Assembly (NCBI GenBank): GCA_964482235.1
Contig: CAYZWU010000007.1
Location: forward strand, 3,053-67,052
Origin: an uncultured Phycisphaerales bacterium
GTDB taxonomy: Bacteria; Planctomycetota; B15-G4; CAYZWU01
Direction of reading: 5' to 3'
DNA length: 64,000 nucleotides
Position 1 is the first letter of the stretch; each line of letters opens with the position of its first letter. This document shows positions 1-10,071 of the stretch, piece by piece. The notes beneath the pieces are model-generated. The model was given only the letters and a program-made list of their open reading frames with translations. It did no database searches and was not told the origin of the DNA. A program made the translations under genes and the position numbers.

Positions 1-386
1 TTGAAGTTGGTCTCCTCCGTCGAAGCGGCGATACGGGGCTCGCCGACGATCTTCGCTTCCTTGATCGCCTTGGTGGACCATGTGCCCGTGTTCACGTAGT
101 CGGCCGTCCGCCCCTCGCTCATGAAGTTCAGGGGAATCATGGCGAACTGCAGGCTCGCTCCCCCGCCCATGAACATCACCTTGTAGTTGCCGCCGAGCCC
201 GAGGAGTTCGAGGGCCATTTCCTGGGTCTCCAGCATGAGAGCGTCGAAGGGCTTGGACCGGTGGCTCGTTTCCAGGATCGACATGCCCGAGCCCTGGTAG
301 TTCAGGAGCTCGTCCTTGGCTTTTTCCAGGACGGCGAGGGGAATGGCCGCGGGGCCGGGATTGAAGTTGATGATGCGGTCGGTCAT
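1..386 (-). CDS. serC: phosphoserine aminotransferase SerC, N-terminal part; 3' end lies beyond the window start
   Basis: Reverse translation from the ATG at 386 gives MTDRIINFNPGPAAIPLAVLEKAKDELLN...SILETSHRSKPFDALM, which matches the SerC N-terminus. It is absent from the ORF track because it runs off the window edge. Confidence 0.75.
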   Translation of the reverse strand, partial: MTDRIINFNPGPAAIPLAVLEKAKDELLNYQGSGMSILETSHRSKPFDALMLETQEMALELLGLGGNYKVMFMGGGASLQFAMIPLNFMSEGRTADYVNTGTWSTKAIKEAKIVGEPRIAASTEETNF

Positions 387-427
387 TTTATGGTCTCCCT
401 ATATCTTGTCGGGTATTCCGATCTGCT

Positions 428-1300
428 CTACTTGGTGAAGTCCTCGATGATCTCCACGATGATGTCGCCGATGCGGAGGAGGTTCTCCTTCGTGCTGGCG
501 CCGATATGAGGCAGGGCCACCACGTTGGGCAGCCCGAGGAGAGGCGAGCTTTCCGGAGGATCGCTGTACCAGACGTCGTTGCCGTAGGCCGCGACCTTGC
601 CCGACTTGAGCGCCTCGGCCAGATCCTCCTCGTTCACGCACTTGCCGCGTCCCGTGTTCACCATGAAGACGCCGTCCTTCATCTTCGAGATCGTGTCCGC
701 ATTGATCATGCCCTTGGTCTCGTCGGTGAGGGGAAGGTGGAGCGAGATGTAGTCGGACTTGGCGAGGATCTCCTCGACCGTGTCCACGTACTCGGCCGCG
801 TCCTGGTCGGAGCGGACCACATCGTAGGCATGGACGTTCATCCCGAATGCCTTGGCCCGCTTGGCGAGCTCCAGGCCGATCCGTCCCAGGCCGATGCAGC
901 CGAGGTTCTTCTTGAAGAGCTCGGTCCGCTTGCACTCCTTCTTGAGCCACTCCCCCTTGTGCATGCTGTTGTTGCCCTTGATCACGTGGTTCGGGAGGGC
1001 GATCATCAGGGCGAAGGCCAGCTCGGCCACGGCCACGCTGGAGGCGCGGGGCGTGTTGTGCACCGTGACGCCCCTCTCCTTGGCGTACGCGAGATCGACG
1101 TTGTCGAGACCCACGCCGCCGCGGATGATCAGCTTGAGGTTCGGCGCGTTGTCGATGTACTCCCTGGTGCACTTGGTCTTGGAGCGGATCAGGACCACAT
1201 CGGCCTCGGCCACCCGGGACTTGTCGTCGAAGACCTCCCCGAACTTGGCAAGCCTGTCCGGAAGAGAAGGATCGAATGCATCTGAAACGAGGATTTTCAT
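428..1300 (-). CDS. D-isomer-specific 2-hydroxyacid dehydrogenase, short SerA-like 3-phosphoglycerate dehydrogenase without an ACT domain
   Basis: 290 aa with a GxGxxG NAD-binding motif (GLGRIGLELAKRAKAFGMNV). It sits immediately upstream of serC on the same strand. Confidence 0.75.
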   Translation of the reverse strand: MKILVSDAFDPSLPDRLAKFGEVFDDKSRVAEADVVLIRSKTKCTREYIDNAPNLKLIIRGGVGLDNVDLAYAKERGVTVHNTPRASSVAVAELAFALMIALPNHVIKGNNSMHKGEWLKKECKRTELFKKNLGCIGLGRIGLELAKRAKAFGMNVHAYDVVRSDQDAAEYVDTVEEILAKSDYISLHLPLTDETKGMINADTISKMKDGVFMVNTGRGKCVNEEDLAEALKSGKVAAYGNDVWYSDPPESSPLLGLPNVVALPHIGASTKENLLRIGDIIVEIIEDFTK

Positions 1301-1556
1301 GACCAGATCTCCCTTGATACCTGAGCCATGCCGCCGGCCCGGGCGGCAGCGCTGTTTCTTCTATTGAACTTCCATAAAAAATGACAATGTTGAACTGTGT
1401 TTTTTATCATATTCAGCAGGGAGTGTGAACAGTTGCTTTCTTTGGGGAGAGTTTTTTTTCGGCCTTCGACTCGTCTCCGTAACTGATTGTGGTATATATT
1501 ACTGTGATCGTCGAGCCGGGCCTGGCGCCTTTTTTTTTATCATTCTTGGAGAAACG

Positions 1557-1988
1557 ATGAAGATCCGTGTTTACTACGAGGATACCGACGCCGGAGGCGT
1601 GGTCTACTATGCCAATTATCTGAGGTATTTCGAGCGCGGCCGGACCGAGCTTTTTCGCGACAGGGGCATCGATCTGGCTCACTGGGAAAAAGAGGGGTAC
1701 ATTTTCACCGTGAGCAGGGTGAAGGCCGCCTACAGATATCCGGCGCGGCTGAACGACCTGCTCGACCTCGAGACGCGGCTCATCGACGTGACGCATGCGA
1801 GCCTGACCTTTTCGCATGCCACCAGGAATTCGGAGACGGGCCGGCTCCTTGTGGAGGGCGAGGTGAAGGCCGTCTGCGTCAGCAGCAGGACGTTCAAGCC
1901 CACGGGGATTCCCGGGGAGATCCGTGAGGTGGCCCTCGAGGCCATTCGAGAGGCATCGGGCGAAGAAGAGACGGCGGTCAGATCATGA
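1557..1988 (+). CDS. YbgC/4HBT-family acyl-CoA thioesterase
   Basis: MKIRVYYEDTDAGGVVYYANYLRYFERGRTE is a hot-dog thioesterase signature. GGAG lies 6 nt upstream of the ATG at 1557. The 5' extension to 1425 shown in the track is unlikely to be real. Confidence 0.8.
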   Translation: MKIRVYYEDTDAGGVVYYANYLRYFERGRTELFRDRGIDLAHWEKEGYIFTVSRVKAAYRYPARLNDLLDLETRLIDVTHASLTFSHATRNSETGRLLVEGEVKAVCVSSRTFKPTGIPGEIREVALEAIREASGEEETAVRS

Positions 1989-2488
1989 GGAGGTGTTCCA
2001 TGTGTTCGATTCGATTCCAGGCGGCCTTGATCCTGCTTGCGGCGGTCCTGGCTCTCGCGGGCTGCTCCTCGGTCTCGTTCCTTCCTCTCGAGGGGGAGGC
2101 GCCTCGCGATTCGAAACCCGACGGGTTCGCGATCCATCTGCTCGATATCAGGGACGCGCAGCAGCTGAGAATCATCGGCAAGGTCTCCTGTCAGGATTCG
2201 GCCAGGTCCTCGATATGGAACTGGTGGACCGACAGTCATGCCCTGATCGAGGAGATGAAAGCCGGCAACAGGGAGAGGCTGATCGCAAAGGTGAAGTCCG
2301 TCGGGGGTGACGCTCTCATCGACCTCAAGCACGAGATAATCACCGGCGGCGGAGGTGGCGGCGGCATCGGGATCGGCGCCGGAGTGGGGCATGGGGGAGT
2401 CGGAGTGGGAGTGGGAACCTCGATTTTCGGCTCCAATCCCAAGCTGATCGTGGTCTCGCACGGCAAGGTGGGCGTGTCAGCGGAATAG
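1985..2488 (+). CDS. lipoprotein with a Gly-rich C-terminal tail, function unknown
   Basis: Signal peptide with lipobox (LALAGCSS). The C-terminus is GGGGGGGIGIGAGVGHGGVGVGVG. The start overlaps the thioesterase stop (ATGA coupling). Confidence 0.5.
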   Translation: MRRCSMCSIRFQAALILLAAVLALAGCSSVSFLPLEGEAPRDSKPDGFAIHLLDIRDAQQLRIIGKVSCQDSARSSIWNWWTDSHALIEEMKAGNRERLIAKVKSVGGDALIDLKHEIITGGGGGGGIGIGAGVGHGGVGVGVGTSIFGSNPKLIVVSHGKVGVSAE

Positions 2489-2494
2489 GAGGCG

Positions 2495-3298
2495 ATGACG
2501 TACCGCGCATTGACCATCGCCGGCTCTGACAGCGGCGGCGGAGCGGGGATCCAGGCTGATCTCAAGACCTTCTTCGCCTTCGGCGTGCACGGCATGTCAG
2601 CCGTCACGGCCGTGACGGCGCAGAACAGCCTCGGCGTCCAGGCCGTCTCGGAGCTGCCGCTTCCGGTCATCGCCGCCCAGATCGAGAGCGTGGCCGGCGA
2701 CGTGGGTGCCGATGCAGTGAAGACGGGGATGCTCGCCGGCGCCGGCGTGGTGGAGCTGGTGGCGGAAATCGTCGAACGGCTCGATCTCGGCCCACTCGTG
2801 GTGGATCCCGTCCTGACTTCGGGCAGCGGCACCACTCTTCTCCCCGCGGAGGCGATCAGGCTGGTCAAGGAGCGGCTTCTCCCCCTGGCCGAGGTGGTCA
2901 CCCCCAACCTCGCCGAGGCCGAGGCGCTCGCGGGCAGGCCCGTGAAGACGCTCGCCGGGATGAAGGAGGCGGCAGCCGCGATCGGGGCATCGGGCTGCCG
3001 ATGGGTCGTGGTGAAGGGCGGGCACCTGGAGGCTGCCGAAGAGGCGGTCGATGTCGTCTTCGACGGGAAGAAGGTCGTCGAGCTACGCGCGCCGCTCTGC
3101 AGGATCGGAAGCCCTCACGGCACGGGGTGCACCTTCTCGGCCGCCGTTGCGGCCGGACTGGCCTCGGGCAGGGAACCTCTCCAGGCCATCAAGAAAGCGA
3201 AGGAGTTCATCACGCGGGCCATTCAGGTATCCTACCGCCCGGGGCGCGGGCAGTGGGTGACCAACCAGAACGTGGATATCTCCAGCCCCTGGAGCTGA
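2495..3298 (+). CDS. thiD: hydroxymethylpyrimidine/phosphomethylpyrimidine kinase
   Basis: Carries the IAGSDSGGGAGIQADLKT motif and has the ThiD/PdxK ribokinase-like fold. 267 aa. Confidence 0.85.
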   Translation: MTYRALTIAGSDSGGGAGIQADLKTFFAFGVHGMSAVTAVTAQNSLGVQAVSELPLPVIAAQIESVAGDVGADAVKTGMLAGAGVVELVAEIVERLDLGPLVVDPVLTSGSGTTLLPAEAIRLVKERLLPLAEVVTPNLAEAEALAGRPVKTLAGMKEAAAAIGASGCRWVVVKGGHLEAAEEAVDVVFDGKKVVELRAPLCRIGSPHGTGCTFSAAVAAGLASGREPLQAIKKAKEFITRAIQVSYRPGRGQWVTNQNVDISSPWS

Positions 3299-3329
3299 TG
3301 GGGGGCGCTGCGAGGGCGTGCCGGACGGC

Positions 3330-4178
3330 TCACGAAGCGGATTCGGCTTCCTGCCTGAGCCCGAGCTTGGCCTCGAATTCCTCCTTGTTCTTTCCCTTCA
3401 GGGAGTGCTCCTTCCCGGCCAGGAGCTTGCGGATCGCCTTCACCTCGGGCCTCGAGAGACGGATCCCCTGGGCCACGTGCTTCTCGAAGGCCTCATAGGC
3501 CAGCGGGGCCACGGCGCGGGCCATGTCGGCCATCACCTCGGCATAGCGCCGGATTTCCATCTGGGCATGGGATTCCATTCTCAGGCGAAGGAAGTGGAAG
3601 AGGTTGTTCAGGTCGATCTGCCAGTACCACTGCGTGTAGAGGCTGATGGGGAGGTTGACGCGGGCCAGCTCGCGGGCGATGTCGTCATCGAGAAGGGCCT
3701 TGTAGCTCTCGTAGGAGGCGGACTGGTCCTTCCGCAGGATGTCGAGAACGCGCTGCCTGAGCTCGGCCGGGACGTCGCGCGTGGAGCGTCCCTGCCGGTT
3801 ATCCTCGCTCTGATAGCGGATGTCCTCCTCGGCGGGGATGTAGAACTCCTCGGTCATGACGCTGTAGCGGCCCGAGATCTCGTTCAGCCGGGCCGTCCGA
3901 TGCCTCACCCACTGGCGGGCCACGAAGATCGGCATCTTGGCATGAAAGGTCAGGACCACCTGCTCGAAGGGCGACGTGTGGGCATGCTTGATCAGGTAGT
4001 TGATCAAGCCCTTGTCCTGGCGGACCGTCTTGGTTCCCTCGCCGTAGGAGACGCGCGCGGCCTGGACGATCCGGGCGTCGCCGCCCATGTAGTCGACGAG
4101 CCTCACGAATCCGCGGTCGAGGACCTTGTATTCCCTGTCGAGGATGGCTTCGGCTTCCGGGACGATCACATGTGCCAT
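3330..4178 (-). CDS. thyX: FAD-dependent thymidylate synthase ThyX
   Basis: ThyX motif RHRTARLNEISGRY (RHR...SxR). 282 aa. Confidence 0.9.
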   Translation of the reverse strand: MAHVIVPEAEAILDREYKVLDRGFVRLVDYMGGDARIVQAARVSYGEGTKTVRQDKGLINYLIKHAHTSPFEQVVLTFHAKMPIFVARQWVRHRTARLNEISGRYSVMTEEFYIPAEEDIRYQSEDNRQGRSTRDVPAELRQRVLDILRKDQSASYESYKALLDDDIARELARVNLPISLYTQWYWQIDLNNLFHFLRLRMESHAQMEIRRYAEVMADMARAVAPLAYEAFEKHVAQGIRLSRPEVKAIRKLLAGKEHSLKGKNKEEFEAKLGLRQEAESAS

Positions 4179-4525
4179 GGCAGTATCTTTCTGATCAATC
4201 GAACAGGAGCGGGAAGGAGACCGTGGTTAATATATCAGCTTTCGGAGCACGGGGCATAGTGAGAATCGCCGCGAATCCGGCGACCTGAAAGGCAGGCAGG
4301 TTCAGCGGCCTGTCAAGGATCTGTCGGCTCTCTCCGGGAGATGGGCCCATGGCATTCGGCGAGCGGCCCGGAAGCCGGATCATCTGTTGAGTCGTCTGGC
4401 GCCATCCGGATCTTTCTTCTTTCGCTTCTCCGGGGCTTTCCTGCCGGTGCGAGCGCTTTTCCTGATCCGTTTCTTCTGGTCACTGTTCCGACTGTTCATC
4501 GCGACGCCTCTGCGGGAATCAAAAC

Positions 4526-5092
4526 TCACATGTCCATCTCTGAATCGGCGCACTGCTCCCAGCATCGGCCCTCGCCGACGTAGAAGCGCAGCGTGTTCGC
4601 CTTGTCGAACCTCACGCGGCCTGTCCGGGGAGAACCGTCATCGAGACGGCTGTCGATCTTCTGCAGGATCTTGCTGTCCAGGCCGCCCTTGACCGTGATG
4701 TACGCCTCGTTACCAGCCGCTGCGTCGTAATCGAAGAGGAGATACCGTCCGTGCTCGTATCGGTAGGTTCCGCCCCAGGGATGGCCGGCCGGCCACTTGT
4801 CCAGGTAGGGTCCGCCCCAGAACTCGCGATAGGAAGGGGGGACGGGTCTGCTGGAGAGGAGGCCGGGATCCACGGCGGATTCCGCTTCGGCCGGATAGCA
4901 GCCCAGGTCGGCGCGGCAGCTGTTGAGGGCTCTCTTGATCTGCCTGAGCTCGTTCTCGAGCCGGCAGAGCTTCGTGTCGAGCATCGACCGTGATATCTCG
5001 GGCACGACCACGGCGGTGATGAGGAACAGGAGGCCGGACATCATGATGATCTCGTACCGCGTCAATCCTTTCCGGTCGAACATGAGCTTCAT
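4526..5092 (-). CDS. GspG-like pseudopilin with prepilin-type N-terminus
   Basis: Leader MKLMFDRKG, then a mature N-terminus with Glu at +5 (LTRYEII) and a hydrophobic helix. The C-terminus has a GspG-like W.GPYLD.WP..HPWGG.Y.Y motif. It is a paralogue of 11936..12472. Confidence 0.7.
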   Translation of the reverse strand: MKLMFDRKGLTRYEIIMMSGLLFLITAVVVPEISRSMLDTKLCRLENELRQIKRALNSCRADLGCYPAEAESAVDPGLLSSRPVPPSYREFWGGPYLDKWPAGHPWGGTYRYEHGRYLLFDYDAAAGNEAYITVKGGLDSKILQKIDSRLDDGSPRTGRVRFDKANTLRFYVGEGRCWEQCADSEMDM

Positions 5093-5102
5093 CCAGACGC
5101 CG

Positions 5103-5858
5103 TCACGACGTCTGGTCCCCCTCGGCTGTCGACGGATTCGTCGAAGGATCGGCAGGTTCGCTCTCGGACGACTGAGGCTCGCTCTCTTCCACGGAGCTTT
5201 CTTCCTCCTCCTCGTCGCCGCCGCCGCGGCGAGACGAATCGAGCGGCTCGATCAGCTTGATGACTTCCTTGCCACTGCTCATGTTCCTGAAGACGATCGA
5301 CTTCCTGTCGATCCTCACGATCGAGTATCCATTGGGAAGGAGATCGCCCTCTTTCAGGATGTATCCGTCGATCAGGACGCGTGAACGGAATCCGCCCGCC
5401 ATGATTCCCCTGACCCTGAGCTCGTCGATCTCGTCCTCATCGGCGTCTGTCCGATTCCGGAGGGATGTCGAGGCGACCTCCACGGGCTCGATCTCGTGAG
5501 CCGTTTCCGCCGCGGTGGAATTGTCGACGGATCTGTTATTTTCCTCGATCTCGCTGAGCATCTTGAGCTTGCGATCCATCAGCTTGTTGAGGACCTCCTC
5601 GATGTTGCCCGCGGGGGCGAATCCGCCGTCTGTGCCGATCCGGTCCGTTCCCGTACCGTTGCCCTCGGACCCAGCCTCCAGATCGACGGAGTCCATCACT
5701 TCCATCCCCTCGTCCTCGACTGCGTACTCCTCATCGTCGAACTCATCGGGCTCGGCACCACTTCCTTCGCCCGAGAAGAGTGTGAAGTAGAGGACGCCCA
5801 GCGAGACGGGTAGCAGAACGGCCGCGAGAAGTGTCTTCTTGTTCAGAGCCATTGCCAT
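5103..5858 (-). CDS. membrane-anchored acidic protein, possible GspC/PilP-like secretin-interacting component
   Basis: N-terminal TM anchor. The central segment GIMAGGFRSRVLIDGYILKEGDLLPNGYSIVRIDRKSIVF resembles the GspC HR/PilP fold. Both ends are Asp/Glu-rich. Its position inside the T2SS-like cluster supports the call. Confidence 0.4.
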   Translation of the reverse strand: MAMALNKKTLLAAVLLPVSLGVLYFTLFSGEGSGAEPDEFDDEEYAVEDEGMEVMDSVDLEAGSEGNGTGTDRIGTDGGFAPAGNIEEVLNKLMDRKLKMLSEIEENNRSVDNSTAAETAHEIEPVEVASTSLRNRTDADEDEIDELRVRGIMAGGFRSRVLIDGYILKEGDLLPNGYSIVRIDRKSIVFRNMSSGKEVIKLIEPLDSSRRGGGDEEEEESSVEESEPQSSESEPADPSTNPSTAEGDQTS

Positions 5859-5864
5859 GGATTT

Positions 5865-6476
5865 CTAGCTTCCTTTTCTATCCGTCACGGTTCCCGAAGC
5901 TTCTTCAGTGACGAAGTAGCCTGTCAGGGTCATCAAAAAAGTGTAAGGCGTCATGAACCCGCCGATCCGAGCCGTGCTGAACCTGTCCACCTGTAGGCCG
6001 ATGTTCAGCGATTCGAGGGTGTTGACGAAGATCAATAGATCCTCCAGATAGGCCGCGCCCGCAAGTTCCAGCGTCGCCGCATGGATCCCCTTCTTGAATC
6101 CGGAATCCATGCCGTCCGCTTCCGTCAATCTGCTCGTACCGCTCAACTTGCACGAGCTGGTGGATATATCGGAAATGTCGCAGAGTTTGAGTATGATATT
6201 CCTGAGCCTGAGATCGCTGTTGATCCCCTCGAAGCGGCGCTCCATCTGCCGGGTGAGGCTCTCCAGCTCCCTCGAGAGCTGCTTCTCCATCTCCACCTGC
6301 TCGACCGTTTCCCTGGAGTATCCGTTGAGCTTCAGGCTGGAGTCATGCAGGTCGTTCTCGATCACGTTGAACGTTATCACCGATGGAACGGGAACGGCCA
6401 GGAGCGCGATCAGCAGGAGGAAGGCCCCGATGATCATGATCTTCTTGTCCGTGCTGTAGATCAGCTTTCTCAACAT
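5865..6476 (-). CDS. GspM/PilO-like bitopic membrane protein
   Basis: The internal Met (MLRKLIYSTDKKIMIIGAFLLLIALL) is the likely start. It has a single TM segment, a coiled coil and a periplasmic domain, and is in a synteny position typical for GspM. Confidence 0.5.
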   Translation of the reverse strand: MLRKLIYSTDKKIMIIGAFLLLIALLAVPVPSVITFNVIENDLHDSSLKLNGYSRETVEQVEMEKQLSRELESLTRQMERRFEGINSDLRLRNIILKLCDISDISTSSCKLSGTSRLTEADGMDSGFKKGIHAATLELAGAAYLEDLLIFVNTLESLNIGLQVDRFSTARIGGFMTPYTFLMTLTGYFVTEEASGTVTDRKGS

Positions 6477-6478
6477 GA

Positions 6479-8038
6479 TCAGTACTCGAGCTCCAGGATC
6501 GCCTCTTCGAATGTTTCTTCCGCTGATGACTTCGAACGGGTGTCGCCAAGCCTGTACTTGACGGAGCGGAAGAGGCCGCATTTCTTGAACTGGGCAACGC
6601 TGTTCTCGAGCTTGTATGAATTGTCGCCCGTGAAGTCGTCGCTTATCCTGACAAGGAGCATCTTCGACGGAGAATCCGAGTCGCGGTTCTCGGTCAGGTT
6701 GATCGAGAGGATTCGCGACGTTTCAGGCACCTTGTCCACGCAGACCAGGAGCGGATGCGACAGAGCCCCGTCGTTCCTGTCGACCACACCCAGCACTTCC
6801 TTCAGGTCCTCGTAATAGGAGTTCTTCGACTCGAACAGCTGTCTGCGTTCATCGATGTTCACGAACTCGGTGAGCCTTTCCTTCACGCCGTCCAGCCTCG
6901 ACTCGAGCCGGGAGGACTTGTCGGTCATGGTGGATATCAGGTGAAAGACGAGAAGCCCCAGGACGATCATCGTCACCATGTAGACCTTGGCCGCGAGCTT
7001 CGACTGGGAGTGCCCGGCGCTGAAGTTGTAGTTGCTCTTGCTCAGGGAAAAACGCTTCAGGGCGTTGTTCAGGCCGAACAGGCCGCAGAAGACGGGGAGA
7101 TACCCGGCCAGTCCGTTGTGCGGTTCTTCGTCGGATTCCTCGATCTCGGCATCGGCGATCTTGACCATGCTTATCGAGTAACCGATCAAGGTGTTGGTCT
7201 TCTCGGATATGGACTCGAACAGCTCGTCCTCGGGGCCTGTATAGATGATCCGGGCGATCCCCTTTCCCGAGTGCTGCTGCTTGCAGAAGTGAAAGGTCCT
7301 CTGGATCTCGATCGCCATGTTCGTGCTGTAGTCGGCCAGGTCGGGCTGCTGGACCTGGCTCGGGAAGCGGAAGTTCTCCAGGCGCTTCCCGTTGAAGATC
7401 GAGATGGACGGCGATGCCAGCGTCGTGTCGACGTAGAGGACGAGGCCCTCCTTCTTGTCGATCCCGTGCCTGTGGACCAGGTTGATGAGCCCGGAGTAGG
7501 CATGATAGAGGCCGTTCAGCCGGAATCCGGAGATCTCGAGCCTGGTGTAGAACTCGTTGACGATCGAGCGTTTCGTGCTGCAGACGGAGACCGAGAGCTT
7601 CTCCACGTTGTTGATCCTGTATTCCTGCAGGATCCTGTACTTGAAGATCAGGGGATCTTCCGGCGATTTGAGCTTGTTCTTGATGAATAGACTGATGTTC
7701 GAGCTCTTCGTCTTCGGAAGCGTGAGAAGGTTGATGGTGAAGAACGAAGGGGGCAGAGTCAGGACCAGGTGCCGGCAGACCTTCTTCAGCGACTTCAGAC
7801 GCACGACGATTTCTGCCGCCGTTTCATCGACGTTGTCGGGCGTGGCCGGTGCGGACAGTCCGAACTTCTTGATGAAGTTCACATTGAAGCTGGAACGAGA
7901 TATCCGCGACCACGTACTGGTCATGCTCCAGGAAGACGAAACTCCTCCTGCCGGATGAAAATAGATGGGGTATCTCGAGATGGTCCGTTGGCATAGCTTG
8001 TTCCTGTTATTGAGCTTCCGATGAATAGGTATCGGCAT
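6479..8038 (-). CDS. GspL-like protein: fused PilM-like actin-fold domain, TM segment and PilN-like coiled-coil
   Basis: About 480 aa. A cytoplasmic actin-like domain is followed by a TM segment (KVYMVTMIVLGLLVFHLISTM) and a coiled coil (SRLESRLDGVKERLTEF). The real start may be the ATG at 7924 (MTSTWS...). Confidence 0.55.
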   Translation of the reverse strand: MPIPIHRKLNNRNKLCQRTISRYPIYFHPAGGVSSSWSMTSTWSRISRSSFNVNFIKKFGLSAPATPDNVDETAAEIVVRLKSLKKVCRHLVLTLPPSFFTINLLTLPKTKSSNISLFIKNKLKSPEDPLIFKYRILQEYRINNVEKLSVSVCSTKRSIVNEFYTRLEISGFRLNGLYHAYSGLINLVHRHGIDKKEGLVLYVDTTLASPSISIFNGKRLENFRFPSQVQQPDLADYSTNMAIEIQRTFHFCKQQHSGKGIARIIYTGPEDELFESISEKTNTLIGYSISMVKIADAEIEESDEEPHNGLAGYLPVFCGLFGLNNALKRFSLSKSNYNFSAGHSQSKLAAKVYMVTMIVLGLLVFHLISTMTDKSSRLESRLDGVKERLTEFVNIDERRQLFESKNSYYEDLKEVLGVVDRNDGALSHPLLVCVDKVPETSRILSINLTENRDSDSPSKMLLVRISDDFTGDNSYKLENSVAQFKKCGLFRSVKYRLGDTRSKSSAEETFEEAILELEY

Positions 8039-8159
8039 AACTCCGGGAAAAATGAAGCGAACGAGAGCCTTGATCGCCGGCTATTTCAATAGGGTGGCCT
8101 GCCGCGATCTCGAGGCGCCGCGCCCGGGCGGCACCCGCTTGCACTTCCGGCCGGCCGTG

Positions 8160-8846
8160 TTACTTCAACTTGGAGGAAGTGATCTTGACCACCGGCGTAA
8201 CTCCCAGCGGATCAGGCTCGTACGGCAGGTCCCAGCCGTCCTTCTCGTAAGCCTTTCCACCCGAGGGCAGAAGGTTGTAGTAGATGAGCTTGCCATGGAT
8301 GTAGTTCCAGTCCGCCAGGAGCGGATCCGTTTCCGCATAGACCTTGTTGTACTTCAGGATCGCGCTGTTGATCACCTCGAGCTCCTCGAGGGTCTTGCCC
8401 CGTCTGATGTGGGTCACATCCACGGTGATCGAGATGTCGTCCTTCGTATCCTGGACGGCGTCCGGGCCGGCGCTGCAAACGAGATAGGTCGAGTCGCCCG
8501 TGGCCTTGGCCACGTAATCCCGCCCCCATTCGTCCTGCTCCGGCTTGGTGCGCCCTGAGCTGAAGAGCGAGACGCCGGGAGAGTAGTAAGGCCCGGCCCA
8601 GCCCTGCAGCTGGCTCTTCTCGGCCATGAGATCCAGGATCCCCGTGGGGAACTGCGACGTGTCGCTGAAATAGTTCTCCACCGCCTCCTGGATGGTGTTG
8701 AGCTCCCCGGCTTCCTTCTTGGCCTTCTGTCGCTTGACCTCCGAGGTGAGCGCCGGCGTGATCGTTCCCACGAGGATCACGATGATCGACATGGCGATGA
8801 CCAGCTCGATGAGTGAAAATCCGTTCTTTCTGCTCTCTGGCTTCAC
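8160..8846 (-). CDS. gspG: GspG-like major pseudopilin
   Basis: Prepilin leader MKPESRKNG followed by FSLIELVIAMSIIVIL, with Glu at +5. 228 aa. Confidence 0.75.
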   Translation of the reverse strand: MKPESRKNGFSLIELVIAMSIIVILVGTITPALTSEVKRQKAKKEAGELNTIQEAVENYFSDTSQFPTGILDLMAEKSQLQGWAGPYYSPGVSLFSSGRTKPEQDEWGRDYVAKATGDSTYLVCSAGPDAVQDTKDDISITVDVTHIRRGKTLEELEVINSAILKYNKVYAETDPLLADWNYIHGKLIYYNLLPSGGKAYEKDGWDLPYEPDPLGVTPVVKITSSKLK

Positions 8847-8854
8847 GGTCCCTC

Positions 8855-10054
8855 CTACATGGAAGAGTACATCGAATAGATCGGCAGCAGTGCTCCCAGG
8901 AGAATGAATCCCACGAGAACGCCGGCGACGATGATGATCGTGGGCTCCAGCATCGATATCATCCGGCTCACCTTGTTCGGTATCGTCTTGTCGAAGTAGT
9001 TGTAAGCGGCTTCCATCGTGTCCACGATTCGGCCTGTCTTCTCCCCGATCGACACCATGCGAGGGAGAAGCAGGTTCATCTCATTGAATGCGGCAAAGGC
9101 GGAGGATAGCTTGTTTCCGTTCTTCACTTCCTCGATCGCCTTGTCGGCCAGCATGCCGATGTACGAGTTGCCGCTCGACGATCCCGAGATCTCGATCGCC
9201 TTGACGATCTCCACTCCGGACGAGAGGAGCGTCTTGAAGATGACGGTGAACCGGGCCAGGACGATGTCGGCCACGATCGATCCGAGCACCGGTATCTTGA
9301 ACAGCGCCCTGTCCATGAAGATTCGCCCGGCCTTGAAGCGCTTCACCACGGCGATGGTAACGGGGATGCCCACCAAGATGGAAACCAGAGGCTGCCAGTT
9401 TCCCCTCAGGAAGTCGGACGCCGCGATCAGCATCCTGGTGATGACAGGGAGCTCGATGTCGGAATCGGCATAGATGCCCATGATCCTCGGCAGCAGGAAG
9501 GTGATCAGGAGGATGCAGAGACCTGTCACCGCGAAGATCAGGAAGCTGGGATAGATCAGGGCCTGCCGCATGGTGCCCCTGATCTTGGTTTGCCATTCCA
9601 TCTGCTCCCTGTACCTGTCGAGAACCACGTCGAGGGAGCCTGTTTCTTCGCCCGCCCTGATCACGTGGACGAAGATCGTTCCGAAGAATCCCTTGTACCT
9701 CTCCACCGATTCGGAGAGGCTCATGCCCTGTTCCACGTTCTCGAGGATGTTGGTGAGGATCTGCCTCAGCGTTCCCTTTCTCGTCCGCTTGATGAAGTCC
9801 TCCAGCGCCGTGGTGACCGGAATGCCCGAGGAGTTGGTGATCGACAGGTAGATCAGGAAGTCGGTCAGGTCCGCCGACTTGATCTTGCCCGACACGGGCT
9901 TGGCGGTCCTGGGCTCCTTCTTCTCCTTGATCCCGGTGATGATCTTCCCGTCCTTCTCGAGGGTCTTCTCGAGCGATTTCCTGGTGGGAGCGGTGATGAC
10001 GCTCGACTCCAGGAGGCCTTCTTCGGACAGGGTCTTGATCGTATAGACTGGCAT
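8855..10054 (-). CDS. gspF: type II secretion / type IV pilus inner-membrane platform protein GspF/PilC
   Basis: 399 aa with two repeats of the GspF domain and three TM segments. The C-terminus LLGALLPIYSMYSSM is typical. Confidence 0.9.
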   Translation of the reverse strand: MPVYTIKTLSEEGLLESSVITAPTRKSLEKTLEKDGKIITGIKEKKEPRTAKPVSGKIKSADLTDFLIYLSITNSSGIPVTTALEDFIKRTRKGTLRQILTNILENVEQGMSLSESVERYKGFFGTIFVHVIRAGEETGSLDVVLDRYREQMEWQTKIRGTMRQALIYPSFLIFAVTGLCILLITFLLPRIMGIYADSDIELPVITRMLIAASDFLRGNWQPLVSILVGIPVTIAVVKRFKAGRIFMDRALFKIPVLGSIVADIVLARFTVIFKTLLSSGVEIVKAIEISGSSSGNSYIGMLADKAIEEVKNGNKLSSAFAAFNEMNLLLPRMVSIGEKTGRIVDTMEAAYNYFDKTIPNKVSRMISMLEPTIIIVAGVLVGFILLGALLPIYSMYSSM

Positions 10055-10071
10055 CTACGGCACGTTCCCGA

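Noticed and set aside
4380-4565. 61-aa highly basic ORF overlapping the 3' end of the pseudopilin gene
   Set aside because: It is an AG-rich low-complexity translation (KKRIRKSARTGRKAPEKRKKK) in the thyX upstream region. It has no RBS or homology support and overlaps a confident gene, so it is probably not coding.
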